The notes under the pieces: generated by a model | Databases searched by the model: none | Told to the model about the DNA's origin: nothing | The model's input: the letters and a program-made list of their open reading frames with translations, nothing else | Shown: positions 18,607 through 28,159 of the stretch, piece by piece | How positions within the stretch are numbered: position 1 is the stretch's first letter | How the letters are laid out: each line of letters starts with the position of its first letter | Assembly (NCBI GenBank): GCA_947073285.1 | Contig: CAMTJT010000007.1 | Span: 32,053 to 64,052 of the forward strand | Source: an uncultured Clostridium sp. | Lineage (GTDB): Bacteria; Bacillota; Clostridia; TANB77; CAG-508 | Length of the DNA stretch: 32,000 bases | Direction: 5' to 3' | Made by a program: the position numbers and the translations under genes

Positions 18607-19989
18607 TTAGGGGTACAGGGTTACAAATATAAAGCTAGGCGAAGGCCGAAGACCGTCGTTGGAACCGTCTGGACCGCCGCTGTCACGACCCGATGCTGGA
18701 CTGTTGGTACCAGTGTAGCTAAAGTTGCCGCCTCTATAAACTCGATTGTACGTGTAGTAAGCTTCCATTGTCCATTCATAAACATTTCCTGCTAAATCAT
18801 AAATATGTTTTTGTTGGTAAGCTTGGCTACTTCCTGTAACTGCTATACTTCCTGTATAATTCCCCTTATCTGTACTATCTGCCACAAAACTAGTTAAATT
18901 TCCTTCTGCCTTTTCATAATTTGAATCTATAAAATTTAACGCTGCATCCCATTGTACTCCATAACACAAGGTACTTGTTACTTTATGAATTGTATCACTT
19001 TCTGGGTATAAACTTCTTGCCACTACCACTGCTCCTGGTTTTGTATCATCTCCTGGTAACTTATCAGATGATGAAGTATCTGAAGATGTACCTCCCCATG
19101 GAATAGTATTCCATACACCTACTCCTTTTTGCACTAATGGCTTTACACTTCCATCTGCTTTTGTTTTAGTTGAAAGGTTATCATTATCTGTTGTTCCTAC
19201 TATTCCTGCCTCAAATCGACCTATATAAAATCCTTTATTTTCTTTTACACTTTTATACATCTCAATACTTTCTATACTTCCTGCTGTACTATTTTTTGCA
19301 AGCGGAGTTCCTGCTTCTAAACTTGCTCCTGCCTCTCTTGATGGATTTGTTGCTTGACTAAGCATTGTACCTAAATTACCATTATAATATCCTTCTATCA
19401 AATGAAACTTACTATAATCTTCTACTGGTATCCACACAAATTGATTTCCATGTTTACTATTATCTAAATCATCATCTTGTACATCTGATATGACTAACCC
19501 ACTTTCTACTGTATTTTTATCTTCTGGGTTTTCTATGCTATCTTTTACTACACAAAATCCTCCTGGAATAATTGCTTTTCCTGTTTCATCTTCATATGGC
19601 TTGTTTTCTCCTGTTACTAACTTTCCTTTATCATCTGGCGTTAATTTATCAGCTCCTGGTGTTGTTCCTCCTGAGCCATCATTTCCATTTAAGTAATTTT
19701 GTAGCTGATTTGTAATATCTCCTAAATCTTTTTGTTCTTTTTGCATCGCATTATTGGTTGCATCTGCTGCTCTTTGTGCCATGTTAATAATTCCATTTTC
19801 TCCTAGTACAAATGTGATGGTTATTCCTGCTAGTATCAAAAGTACCACAATGGTTACCACCAAAGCAATTAAAGTGATACCCTGCTCTTTACTTATTTGT
19901 TTTAAGCATGTATTTATGTTTGCTTTTACCTGTGTTTTGCTATTTTGCAAGTAGCTATTGTTTTCTTCCTTTTTTATTCTTGTTTTCAC
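18607..19989 (-). CDS. Prepilin-like N-terminal anchor fused to an FGE-sulfatase/C-type-lectin-fold domain, with a candidate DGR variable region at the C-terminus
   Basis: The likely start is GTG 19989 with AAAGGAGGAAT upstream, parallel to the paralog. The track's ATG 20040 has no SD. Sequence landmarks are QGITLIALVVTIVVLLILAG, YIGRFEAG, VQWDAALNFI, GNVYEWT and RVYRGGNF. The zero-frame stop is at 18607. If the in-frame CGG at 18646-18648 is bypassed +1, the gene ends ...DGL-G-LRLALYL* at 18621. Confidence 0.75.
   Translation of the reverse strand: MKTRIKKEENNSYLQNSKTQVKANINTCLKQISKEQGITLIALVVTIVVLLILAGITITFVLGENGIINMAQRAADATNNAMQKEQKDLGDITNQLQNYLNGNDGSGGTTPGADKLTPDDKGKLVTGENKPYEDETGKAIIPGGFCVVKDSIENPEDKNTVESGLVISDVQDDDLDNSKHGNQFVWIPVEDYSKFHLIEGYYNGNLGTMLSQATNPSREAGASLEAGTPLAKNSTAGSIESIEMYKSVKENKGFYIGRFEAGIVGTTDNDNLSTKTKADGSVKPLVQKGVGVWNTIPWGGTSSDTSSSDKLPGDDTKPGAVVVARSLYPESDTIHKVTSTLCYGVQWDAALNFIDSNYEKAEGNLTSFVADSTDKGNYTGSIAVTGSSQAYQQKHIYDLAGNVYEWTMEAYYTYNRVYRGGNFSYTGTNSPASGRDSGGPDGSNDGLRPSPSFIFVTLYP
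18646..18648 (-). other. In-frame CGG inside the FGE-gene variable tail (predicted +1 site)
   Basis: The sense strand reads GGT CTT CGG CCT TCG. The +1 reading GGT CTT [C] GGC CTT CGC CTA GCT TTA TAT TTG TAA gives GLGLRLALYL*, which resembles the G(F/L)RLA end of FGE-fold domains. Confidence 0.5.
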
Positions 19990-20324
19990 GTTTTTTATTC
20001 CTCCTTTGCTATTTTTACTTATACTTTTTACATATTTCATTCTATTAAAAATTGTATTTTAGGTTTAAATTTCTTCATTTTAATATTAGCAATTTTTATA
20101 CTATTTTCCTATGTTGCTCTATGTTTTTAGCATAAGTTTTTTCTTTTAGTATTATGAGCTATTTTTTTGCTTTTTATACATAACTTTTAGCTACATTTCT
20201 ACTTACTTTTCACAAAACTATTTAATTTTAAATGTACTCTATTTAAGTTATGCATTTTTAAGCTTTTTGCTCATTTTGATAATCAATACACTTACTCTTG
20301 TTTCGTAAATATATTTTCACTTAT

Positions 20325-20353
20325 AGTATAAAGTAACTTTTTTCAAAAGTCAA
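20325..20353 (-). promoter_or_regulatory. Sigma-A-type promoter for the 18607..19989 gene
   Basis: On the minus strand: TTGACT (20348-20353), a 17 nt spacer, then TATACT (20325-20330). It is homologous to 1424-1452. Confidence 0.5.
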
Positions 20354-20370
20354 ACAAACTAAAAAAAAGA

Positions 20371-20399
20371 TTGTAAAATCTACTAGTAGGTGATATAAT
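20371..20399 (+). promoter_or_regulatory. Promoter for the dnaD-like/dnaI operon
   Basis: TTGTAA (20371-20376), a 17 nt spacer, then TGaTATAAT (20391-20399). Confidence 0.5.
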
Positions 20400-20429
20400 T
20401 TGACAAAAGATTACAAGTGGAGGTTACCT

Positions 20430-21587
20430 ATGAAATTAGAACAAAACGATGTATTACCTTTATTTTCAAATACTACCATTCCTGATATATTCTTTACACA
20501 GTATCTTCCAGAGGCAAATGGTGATTTTATAAAGGTATATTTATATATCTTATTTCTTTCAAAATATGATAAAGATATTAAAGTCAATGATTTATGCAAA
20601 AAATTAGGTCTTGCTCTAGCTGTTATTCAAAATGCACTTAAATATTGGGAAGAACAAGGTGTTTTAACTAAAAAAAATACTGGCTTTGTTCTTAATAATT
20701 TACAAGAATTAGAGTTGCATCAATTATATAAACCAAAAGCATCATTATCTGCAGAGCAAATTCAAAAATCTGCTGAAAGCCAAAAACGTGCTAAAACTAT
20801 TGAATATATTAATAACAAATTTTTCTCTGGTTTAATGCCAACATCTTGGTACCCAGATATTGAATTATGGTTTCAAAAATATGAATTTGATGATGAAGTA
20901 ATGATTTCTCTATTTGGAGAATGTTTTGATAAATCTGCTTTACATAGAAATTATATTCAGGCTGTAGCAGATGCTTGGTCTAAGAATCATATCAAAACTT
21001 ATAACGATTTAGATACTTATTCTGAAAAGCAAGAAAAAACTAAAAAAGTTGCTAATATGGTAAATAAAAAACTTTCTTTAGCTAGACCTTTATCACAATA
21101 TGAGTTTGCTTATGTTGAAAAATGGGTCATTGATTTTGGTTTTACTTTTGATATGATTGAAATTGCTTTAAAGAAAACTACTTCAAAACTAAACCCTAGT
21201 TTTGATTATATTGATAAACTTTTAACAGATTGGCATGATAGAGGCTTTAAAACACCTGATCAAGTACAAAAGTTTTTAGCAGATATGAAGCAGAAAAATA
21301 AAGAAATTAAACAGCTCGAAAAACAAACAGGTTATCAAAAACCTGAAAAAACTACCTCTTATCAACAATATGAGCAAAGAACTTATGATAATTTAAACTT
21401 TTTATATGCTAACAAAATAAATGACAATTTGCCTCAAAAAGAAACTGAGTTTCCTAATGTTGCAAGTTCTTTATCTCATTTAAATAAAGAAGCCTTACTA
21501 GATAACTCTAGTCCACTACCTAACTCACATGAAGAAATATCATCTAATATTACTACACGTTCATTGCCTAACTCAAATTTAAATTAA
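20430..21587 (+). CDS. DnaD-domain replication initiation / membrane attachment protein (DnaB-like of Firmicutes)
   Basis: ATG 20430 follows a GGAGG SD. The N-terminal winged-helix-like region is followed by repeated DnaD-type segments (...WFQKYEFDDEVMISLF..., ...VEKWVIDFGFTFDMIEIALKK...). It lies directly upstream of the helicase loader. Confidence 0.7.
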   Translation: MKLEQNDVLPLFSNTTIPDIFFTQYLPEANGDFIKVYLYILFLSKYDKDIKVNDLCKKLGLALAVIQNALKYWEEQGVLTKKNTGFVLNNLQELELHQLYKPKASLSAEQIQKSAESQKRAKTIEYINNKFFSGLMPTSWYPDIELWFQKYEFDDEVMISLFGECFDKSALHRNYIQAVADAWSKNHIKTYNDLDTYSEKQEKTKKVANMVNKKLSLARPLSQYEFAYVEKWVIDFGFTFDMIEIALKKTTSKLNPSFDYIDKLLTDWHDRGFKTPDQVQKFLADMKQKNKEIKQLEKQTGYQKPEKTTSYQQYEQRTYDNLNFLYANKINDNLPQKETEFPNVASSLSHLNKEALLDNSSPLPNSHEEISSNITTRSLPNSNLN

Positions 21588-21602
21588 AAGGAGGGGTATT
21601 TA

Positions 21603-22601
21603 TTGAACACTTCTACTTTAAAAACATTATTAATAGAATATAGCAAAAAGAAATTACGTGCAGAAGAACTAGCTTACCACAATAAGCTTTATTTATATGA
21701 AGAGTTTCCAGAACTAGATGCTATTGATAAAAAGCTAAGTTCTTTGGCTTTATCTACTATGAAAGCTGTTACTCAAAATAATAATAAAGATTTAATTGTG
21801 CAATTAAATGAAAAAATAGAACAATTGAAAAAAGAAAAAGAAAAAATTCTAAATTCAATTGGTTCTAAAGCAAATACTATTGTTCCACATTATGAATGCC
21901 AAAATTGCTTAGATACAGGCTATATTTCTACTGGTGCTTCTTCTCAAATGTGTAATTGCTTAAAACAACGAATTTATAATATTGAATATAATAAATCTAA
22001 TATCCATAATTTAGAAAAGCAAAATTTTGATAATTTTAATTTGGCTCTTTTTTCAAGTGAGGTTTCTCCTGAAAAATATAATTCTAATGTTTCTCCTCGA
22101 GAAAATATGCAATTAATTCAAAATATTTGCTTACAATTTATTGAAAATTTTGAGAATCTAGATGAAAAAAACCTACTTTTTACTGGAAAAACTGGTCTTG
22201 GTAAAACCTTTTTATCTAGTTGTATTGCAAATGAATTACTAAAAAAAGGAAAAACTGTACTTTATCAAACTTCTTCTAATATGTTAGATGCTATTATTAA
22301 TTATCGTTTTGGCAAACCTAATACAGCCTCTGACATTTATGATCATCTATTAAATGTAGATTTACTAATTATTGATGATTTAGGAACAGAAAGTCCTAAT
22401 AATATGAAATTAGCAGAATTATTTAATCTTTTAAATAGTAGATTATTAAATACAAAAAAATCCACTAAAACCATTATCTCTACTAATTTAAGTTTACAAA
22501 GTTTATTTAAAACCTATGATGAACGTATTGTTTCTAGAATTGTTGGAAATTATAATATTTGCTATTTTTTTGGAGAAGATATTCGTTTCAATCAAGGTTA
22601 G
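21603..22601 (+). CDS. dnaI: Primosomal helicase loader, DnaI/DnaC family
   Basis: Contains a zinc-ribbon-like CQNCLDTGYI...CNC, Walker A GKTGLGKTFL and Walker B LLIIDDLG. TTG start after AAAGGAGGGG. Confidence 0.75.
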   Translation: MNTSTLKTLLIEYSKKKLRAEELAYHNKLYLYEEFPELDAIDKKLSSLALSTMKAVTQNNNKDLIVQLNEKIEQLKKEKEKILNSIGSKANTIVPHYECQNCLDTGYISTGASSQMCNCLKQRIYNIEYNKSNIHNLEKQNFDNFNLALFSSEVSPEKYNSNVSPRENMQLIQNICLQFIENFENLDEKNLLFTGKTGLGKTFLSSCIANELLKKGKTVLYQTSSNMLDAIINYRFGKPNTASDIYDHLLNVDLLIIDDLGTESPNNMKLAELFNLLNSRLLNTKKSTKTIISTNLSLQSLFKTYDERIVSRIVGNYNICYFFGEDIRFNQG

Positions 22602-22622
22602 TTATTTTATAATTATTTTATC

Positions 22623-22665
22623 AAAAAAAGGTAAGTAACTTCCTATGTTTTACTTACCTTTTTAT
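22623..22665. terminator. Bidirectional terminator
   Basis: Stem GGTAAGTAA / TTACTTACC flanked by an A-run and a T-run, between convergent genes. Confidence 0.6.
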
Positions 22666-22711
22666 TTAAATATCTTTGTTTATTATTAGTATTAATTTTT
22701 TATTCTAACAT

Positions 22712-22981
22712 TTATCTTTCTTGCCCTTTTTCTTCTGATTTTCTCATTTGCTCTACTTTTTGATGTTCTTGTTCAATTTCTTCTAATGTTTGTTGTATAA
22801 AAGATTTCATGTTTGGAATATACTTATGCCATTGTTTTAAAAATGGTTCACAACTTACAATTGCTTCTTCTATCATTTCTTGTTCATTTGGAAATTTTCC
22901 TTCTTTAATTGCTCTAATTCTTACATATAAATCACATTCTATATAAGCTTTTGCAAAATGTTTTGCCTCTTCTGGTGTCAT
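22712..22981 (-). CDS. Hypothetical small protein, 89 aa
   Basis: The ORF has normal codon usage. I recognise no family. Confidence 0.5.
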   Translation of the reverse strand: MTPEEAKHFAKAYIECDLYVRIRAIKEGKFPNEQEMIEEAIVSCEPFLKQWHKYIPNMKSFIQQTLEEIEQEHQKVEQMRKSEEKGQER

Positions 22982-23063
22982 GGCTTTATCCCCTTTCTAT
23001 GTAATTGGAATTTAGATATTACTATTTGCTTTTTCTTATTTCCAAATTACTTTAAACAAATTC

Positions 23064-25527
23064 TTATTCTTCTACATTTGCTGTTTCTTCTGGGTTAATA
23101 GTTTCAATACTAACTACTCTACCTTCGTTTGTTCTCATTAATGTAACACCTTGTGTTGGTCTTCCTAATACACTAATATCTTTTACTCTTAATCTAATAA
23201 TAGTTCCATTTTCTGTAATTAGCATTACATCTTCATTATCTGTTGCAATACGAATACCAACTAGTTTTCCTGTTTTAGGGGTAATTTTGTATGTTGTTAC
23301 TCCTTTTCCACCTCTAGTTTGCACTCTATATTCTTCTAATTCTGTTCTTTTTCCAAAACCATTTTCTGTAATAGCAAGTAAAGTTGCATTTGTATTTCCT
23401 TCTATAATAGATTCCATTCCAATAACAAAATCATCTTCATTTAGGCGAATGCCTATAACACCTTGTGCTGTTCTTCCCATTGGTCTTACATCTTTTTCGC
23501 TAAAAGTAATACAAGCACCTTCTCTTGTTACTAATACTACATTATCTTGTCCATCTGTTAAACGTACATCAATTAATTCATCATCATCTCTTAAAGTAAT
23601 TCCTAATAGACCAGTTTTTCTAATAGAATCATATTCGTTTAATGGTGTTTTTTTGATAAAACCTCTTTTAGTTCCCATTAATAAATATTTTCCATCTGCA
23701 AAATTAGAAATTGGAATAACTGCTGATATTTTTTCTCCTGCATCTAGTCTTAATAAGTTAACAATTGCTGTACCTTTTGCTGTTCTTCCCGCTTCTGGTA
23801 CTTCGTAGCCTCTTAAGCGATAAACCTTACCTTTATTACTAAAGAATAAAAGTGTATCATGAGTAGATGCTGTAAATATTTGTTTTACAAAATCATCTTC
23901 TCTTGTTGCTAATCCTGTAATGCCCTTTCCACCGCGGTTTTGGCTTTTATAAGTATCAATTGGCATTCTTTTTACATAACCAAAATGTGTTAAAGTAATT
24001 ACAGTTTGTTCTTCTTTTACTAAATCTTCTATATTGATTTCGCCTTCTGCAGCAACAATTTTAGTTTTTCTTTCGTCTCCATATTTTTGTTTGATTTCTA
24101 ATAGTTCTTCTTTGATAATATCATATACTAGTTTTTCACTGGCTAAAACTGCTCTTAAATGCTCAATTAATTTCATTAATTCGTTATATTCTTCATCTAT
24201 TTTTTCTCTTTGTAAACCTGATAATGTTTTTAATCTCATGTCTAAAATAGATTGAGCTTGTATTTCAGAAAGTTTAAATCTTTCCATTAATCTTTCTTTG
24301 GCATCATCATAAGAATTACGAATAATTTCAATTACTTCATCAATATTGTCTAATGCTATTTTTAATCCTTCTAAAATATGAGCCCTAGCTAATGCTTTAT
24401 CTAAATCAAATTGTGTTCTACGAAGTACTACGGTTTTTCTATGATCTATATAATAGTCTAAACATTGTCTTAAGGTTAAAATTTTAGGTTCTCCATTTAC
24501 TAATGCTAATATAATAATTCCAAAAGTATCTTGAAGTTGTGTGTGTTTATATAGTTGATTTAAAATAACTTGTGCATTCACATCTCTTTTTAATTCAATT
24601 ACTATTCTTATTCTAGACTCTCTATCTGATTCGTCTCTTATTTCTGAAATACCTTCTATTTTCTTTTCTCTAGCTAGTGCCGCCATATTTTCAATTAGTT
24701 TTGCTTTATTTACTTGATATGGTAGTGAATTTACAATAATTCTTTGTTTATTTCCTGCCATTTCTTCTATTTCAGATTCTGCCCTTACTGTAATTTTTCC
24801 TCTACCTGTTGTATAGGCTTGTCTAATTCCTTCTAGACCTAATATAACACCCTCTGTTGGGAAATCTGGTCCTTTTACCACTTCCATTAATTGTTCATCT
24901 GTTACATCATCTTCATCAATAATTTTAATAATTCCGATTAATTATTTCTGTTAAATTATGTGGTGGAATATTAGTTGCCATACCTACTGCTATACCTGAA
25001 GAACCATTAATTAATAATGCTGGTATTTTAGCTGGAAGAACGGTTGGTTCTTGCAGACGATCATCATAGTTTGGCATAAAATCTACTGTATTTTTTTCAA
25101 TGTCAGAAAGCATAGTTTCTGCAATTTTTGCCATTCTTGCTTCTGTATACCTCATAGCAGCTGGACTATCGCCATCAACAGAACCAAAATTCCCATGCCC
25201 ATCAATTAGGGTATATCTTTGCGTAAAATCTTGTGCTAATCTTACCATAGCATCATATACTGAAGAATCACCATGTGGATGATATCTACCTAAAACTGAA
25301 CCAACTGTATTAGCACATTTTCTGTATGGCTTATCTGATGTAATACCATCTTCATACATAGCATATAGAATTCTTCTATGTACTGGTTTTAAACCATCTC
25401 TTACATCAGGAAGTGCTCTAGCTACAATAACACTCATGGCATAATCAATATAGGCTGTTCTCATTTCTTTTTCTATGTCACGCTCTATGATTTTTCCGTC
25501 ATTTCTTTTTTGCTCATTTGCTTCCAT
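23064..25527 (-). CDS. gyrA: DNA gyrase subunit A, read across a +1 frame change at CGG 24934-24936
   Basis: Family motifs are present: [27 protein letters not shown], and the active-site region AAMRYTE. Track ORFs 24925..25527 and 23064..24887 join as ...[37 protein letters not shown] when the C is skipped. Confidence 0.9.
24934..24936 (-). other. In-frame CGG at a +1 frame junction (gyrA)
   Basis: The sense strand reads AAT CGG AAT TAT TAA. AAT [C] GGA ATT ATT AAA restores the conserved EVI(D/N)G position. Confidence 0.8.
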
Positions 25528-25656
25528 TTTTCTAGTAGATGCTAGCTTTAAAAGCCAACATCAGCTCCTTTCTATAAATTCTAATTTTTTAATTGCTTTT
25601 TAGTTTTCTATTCTTGCTTAGCTTATTACCTTTTAAGCACTTTTTTCTACTTGTTT

Positions 25657-25685
25657 ATTATACTAAAACACTCAAAAATATGCAA
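25657..25685 (-). promoter_or_regulatory. gyrA promoter
   Basis: On the minus strand: TTGCAT (25680-25685), a 17 nt spacer, then TATAAT (25657-25662). Confidence 0.45.
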
Positions 25686-25699
25686 GTAAAAAACAAGAA

Positions 25700-25750
25700 A
25701 AAAGTAAGAAAATACTGCTATTTTGCCTACTTTTTCTCTTACTTTTTTTA
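25700..25750 (-). terminator. Terminator after the 25889..26668 gene
   Basis: Imperfect 11-bp stem AAGTAAGAGAA / TTTTCTTACTT (one mismatch) followed by a T-run on the minus strand. Confidence 0.5.
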
Positions 25751-25888
25751 TTCATTTTGGAAATTTATTTAAATTGCATTTATAACACTTTAGCAGTTCA
25801 AATATAAATAAGTAACACTATTATTGTTTTTGCAATATCATAGATAATTTTTGAATATATCTAGTTTGTTTCTCAATTTTACTTAACT

Positions 25889-26668
25889 TTAATTTACTAA
25901 TAGTCCTGCTAATGCTAATTGTTCTTTACTAATATTAAAATCATGCCCATTATTTTTAATAAGTGTATGTATGTTTTCAATTGCTCTTGCTTCATTTATT
26001 GTTTTTTCTAATGGCATAACTTCTTTTAATTTCTCCTTTATTTTTTGATATTCTCTTTCCATTCCTTCAAAATTTTCTTCTTGATAATATTTTTTCCAAT
26101 TATTTTCATATTTTCCTAGCTTCTCAATTTGATCTAATTGACCTACAAATTCAGCTTCAATATTACTACTTACATTATCTAATATTACATTTTTTCCTTG
26201 CCTAATTAGTTTTACAATATTATTAGGTAATAATCCACTTTTTTGTGTAACTGCTAATGTCGAATCTATTACATTAGAAACACCTTCTATAATACCTCCA
26301 TTTTTTACAACATTTTGTGCTTGTGCAATACTATCAAATTTTCCTGTAAAAATCCCTGTTACACTTCTTCCTAATTCTACTGCATTTGCTACTGCTTTAT
26401 CTATGCCTTCTTTTAAACCACCTCTTATTAAACTATTTTTTACATCTATAATTTGGTTTTCTACAAAGTCTGGTAATATCCATCTTAGACCTAAGTCAAT
26501 AGCGGTATTAATCACTTTTCCTACTGCTGTATCTAAAAAGTGATTTTGTTGTTTTGAGGTTACTAATTCATTTTGGGTTACCTCATATTTATTTAACTCT
26601 TGTACTGCCTCATTTTGATTTATAGTTTGTTTTTCTTTGTTTTGTTCTATTTCTTCTTGTAATAACAT
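25889..26668 (-). CDS. Hypothetical protein, 259 aa
   Basis: Long ORF, last gene of the minus-strand accessory cluster. I recognise no family. Confidence 0.55.
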   Translation of the reverse strand: MLLQEEIEQNKEKQTINQNEAVQELNKYEVTQNELVTSKQQNHFLDTAVGKVINTAIDLGLRWILPDFVENQIIDVKNSLIRGGLKEGIDKAVANAVELGRSVTGIFTGKFDSIAQAQNVVKNGGIIEGVSNVIDSTLAVTQKSGLLPNNIVKLIRQGKNVILDNVSSNIEAEFVGQLDQIEKLGKYENNWKKYYQEENFEGMEREYQKIKEKLKEVMPLEKTINEARAIENIHTLIKNNGHDFNISKEQLALAGLLVN

Positions 26669-26785
26669 TTCATTTCTTTCCTTTCTTTTCTATATGATTT
26701 TTTTCTGCAAAAATACAACTTATACTTCTATTTAATTATTAAAATTTAAGTGTTTTTATTAAACTCTAAAATTTTGTATAAAAGT

Positions 26786-28066
26786 TTAATTTAGCATTTT
26801 AAAACTTTTATAACTTTTTATAATATTTTGTTTTATTTTTTCATATTCTTTTTGTATTTTTTTACTAATATTGATGGATATATTTCGATTTATCATTAAA
26901 TTATATTTTGAATTAAGTGATAGTTTTCCTATAATTGAAAAACCTGAAAAAATATTTTTTAAAATTGAACTATCTATAGAATTTGAATTGTATTTATTAA
27001 ATAATATATGAAATCCTTTTTGTGGAATTTTCCATTCATTAATATAAATATTTAGTAATTTCTTCGCTTTTTTTATTTCTAATAAATTTGCTTCTACTAT
27101 AAAAATATGAAAATTACATTGTTTCATAATTTCTTTTGTATAATCAAAAAAACATTCTGAAGTAGTATCTATAATAATGGTATCATAACTTTCTTTTAAT
27201 TTAGTTAAAATACTTTTTATTTTCATACTACTAATTTGATATTTAGCATCAAATAATAAATTAATTCCTGCTATTAAATCAATTTTATGATTTATTTTTA
27301 TAATTAACTCTTCTACATTGATTTCTTGTAGCAAATCATTTTTTCTAATTTTATTTTTTATTTTATCTGGATATTTTTTTATCCCCAGAATTGTATGTAA
27401 GCTATTATAAAATACATCAAAATCAATAATTAATATTTTATTATTTTTATTTTCTAAAACTTTTGCTAGATTAACTGTTACAACACTTTTACCTACGCCA
27501 TTTGTTCCACTAATACAAATAATCTGTTTTGGTTGGTTATTATCAATATTTTTATTATCTTTACTATTTTTTTCTTTTTTACATTTTTTTATTTTATTTT
27601 TTTTGGGGTTAATTTGAATAAAACTATTTTCTTGCTCTTTTTGTTCTTTTTCTAATAGTAATTTTTTTAATTCGTCTAATTCTTTTTTTATTTCTTGATT
27701 AGGATTTTTCTGCCCATTTTTAATAATTTCTACTAGATCTTCTAACTCTACTTCGTTATGATAAAATATATTGTAAATTCCTTTCGCATATAAATAATTC
27801 TCTAATTCTTGATTTTTCTTTTCTAGAAATAAAATAATTTGAAGATTATAATTAGTTTGTTTTATTTTATTAATAAACTCTTTGATTTCAAATTCTCCTG
27901 GTAATAATTCACTTAATATTAAAAAATCGATTTGATTTTGTTTTTCTAAAAATTCTAAAATTCCTTCTTGATATTGAATGTCTTCTGATAAAATTTCAAA
28001 TAATGGATTTCTTTTTAAATATCTATTTAAAATTGGATTTCCTATTGCTGTTATAATTTTTTTCAT
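26786..28066 (-). CDS. ParA/MinD-superfamily ATPase with an N-terminal receiver-like domain (TadZ/CpaE-like)
   Basis: The N-terminal ~120 aa have a CheY-like alternating pattern. A Lys-rich linker follows, then a deviant Walker A ICISGTNGVGKS and ILIIDFD. Confidence 0.6.
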   Translation of the reverse strand: MKKIITAIGNPILNRYLKRNPLFEILSEDIQYQEGILEFLEKQNQIDFLILSELLPGEFEIKEFINKIKQTNYNLQIILFLEKKNQELENYLYAKGIYNIFYHNEVELEDLVEIIKNGQKNPNQEIKKELDELKKLLLEKEQKEQENSFIQINPKKNKIKKCKKEKNSKDNKNIDNNQPKQIICISGTNGVGKSVVTVNLAKVLENKNNKILIIDFDVFYNSLHTILGIKKYPDKIKNKIRKNDLLQEINVEELIIKINHKIDLIAGINLLFDAKYQISSMKIKSILTKLKESYDTIIIDTTSECFFDYTKEIMKQCNFHIFIVEANLLEIKKAKKLLNIYINEWKIPQKGFHILFNKYNSNSIDSSILKNIFSGFSIIGKLSLNSKYNLMINRNISINISKKIQKEYEKIKQNIIKSYKSFKMLN

Positions 28067-28159
28067 TTTTATTTATTTTTTACTCTTTCTCCTTTTATAT
28101 ATATTTAGGTTTTTAATAATAGATTTCCTATAAACTATTGATACCAATTTTTTAATTTA

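Noticed and set aside
19170-20130. Track ORFs 19170..19361, 19490..19696, 19754..19954 and 19945..20130
   Set aside because: They are antisense to, or in the leader of, the 18607..19989 gene and give no recognisable protein.
23287-25282. Track ORFs 23287..23808, 24034..24255 and 25100..25282 on the plus strand
   Set aside because: They are antisense shadows inside the highly conserved gyrA reading frame. Their products are low-complexity Ser/Phe/Ile-rich sequences with no SD.
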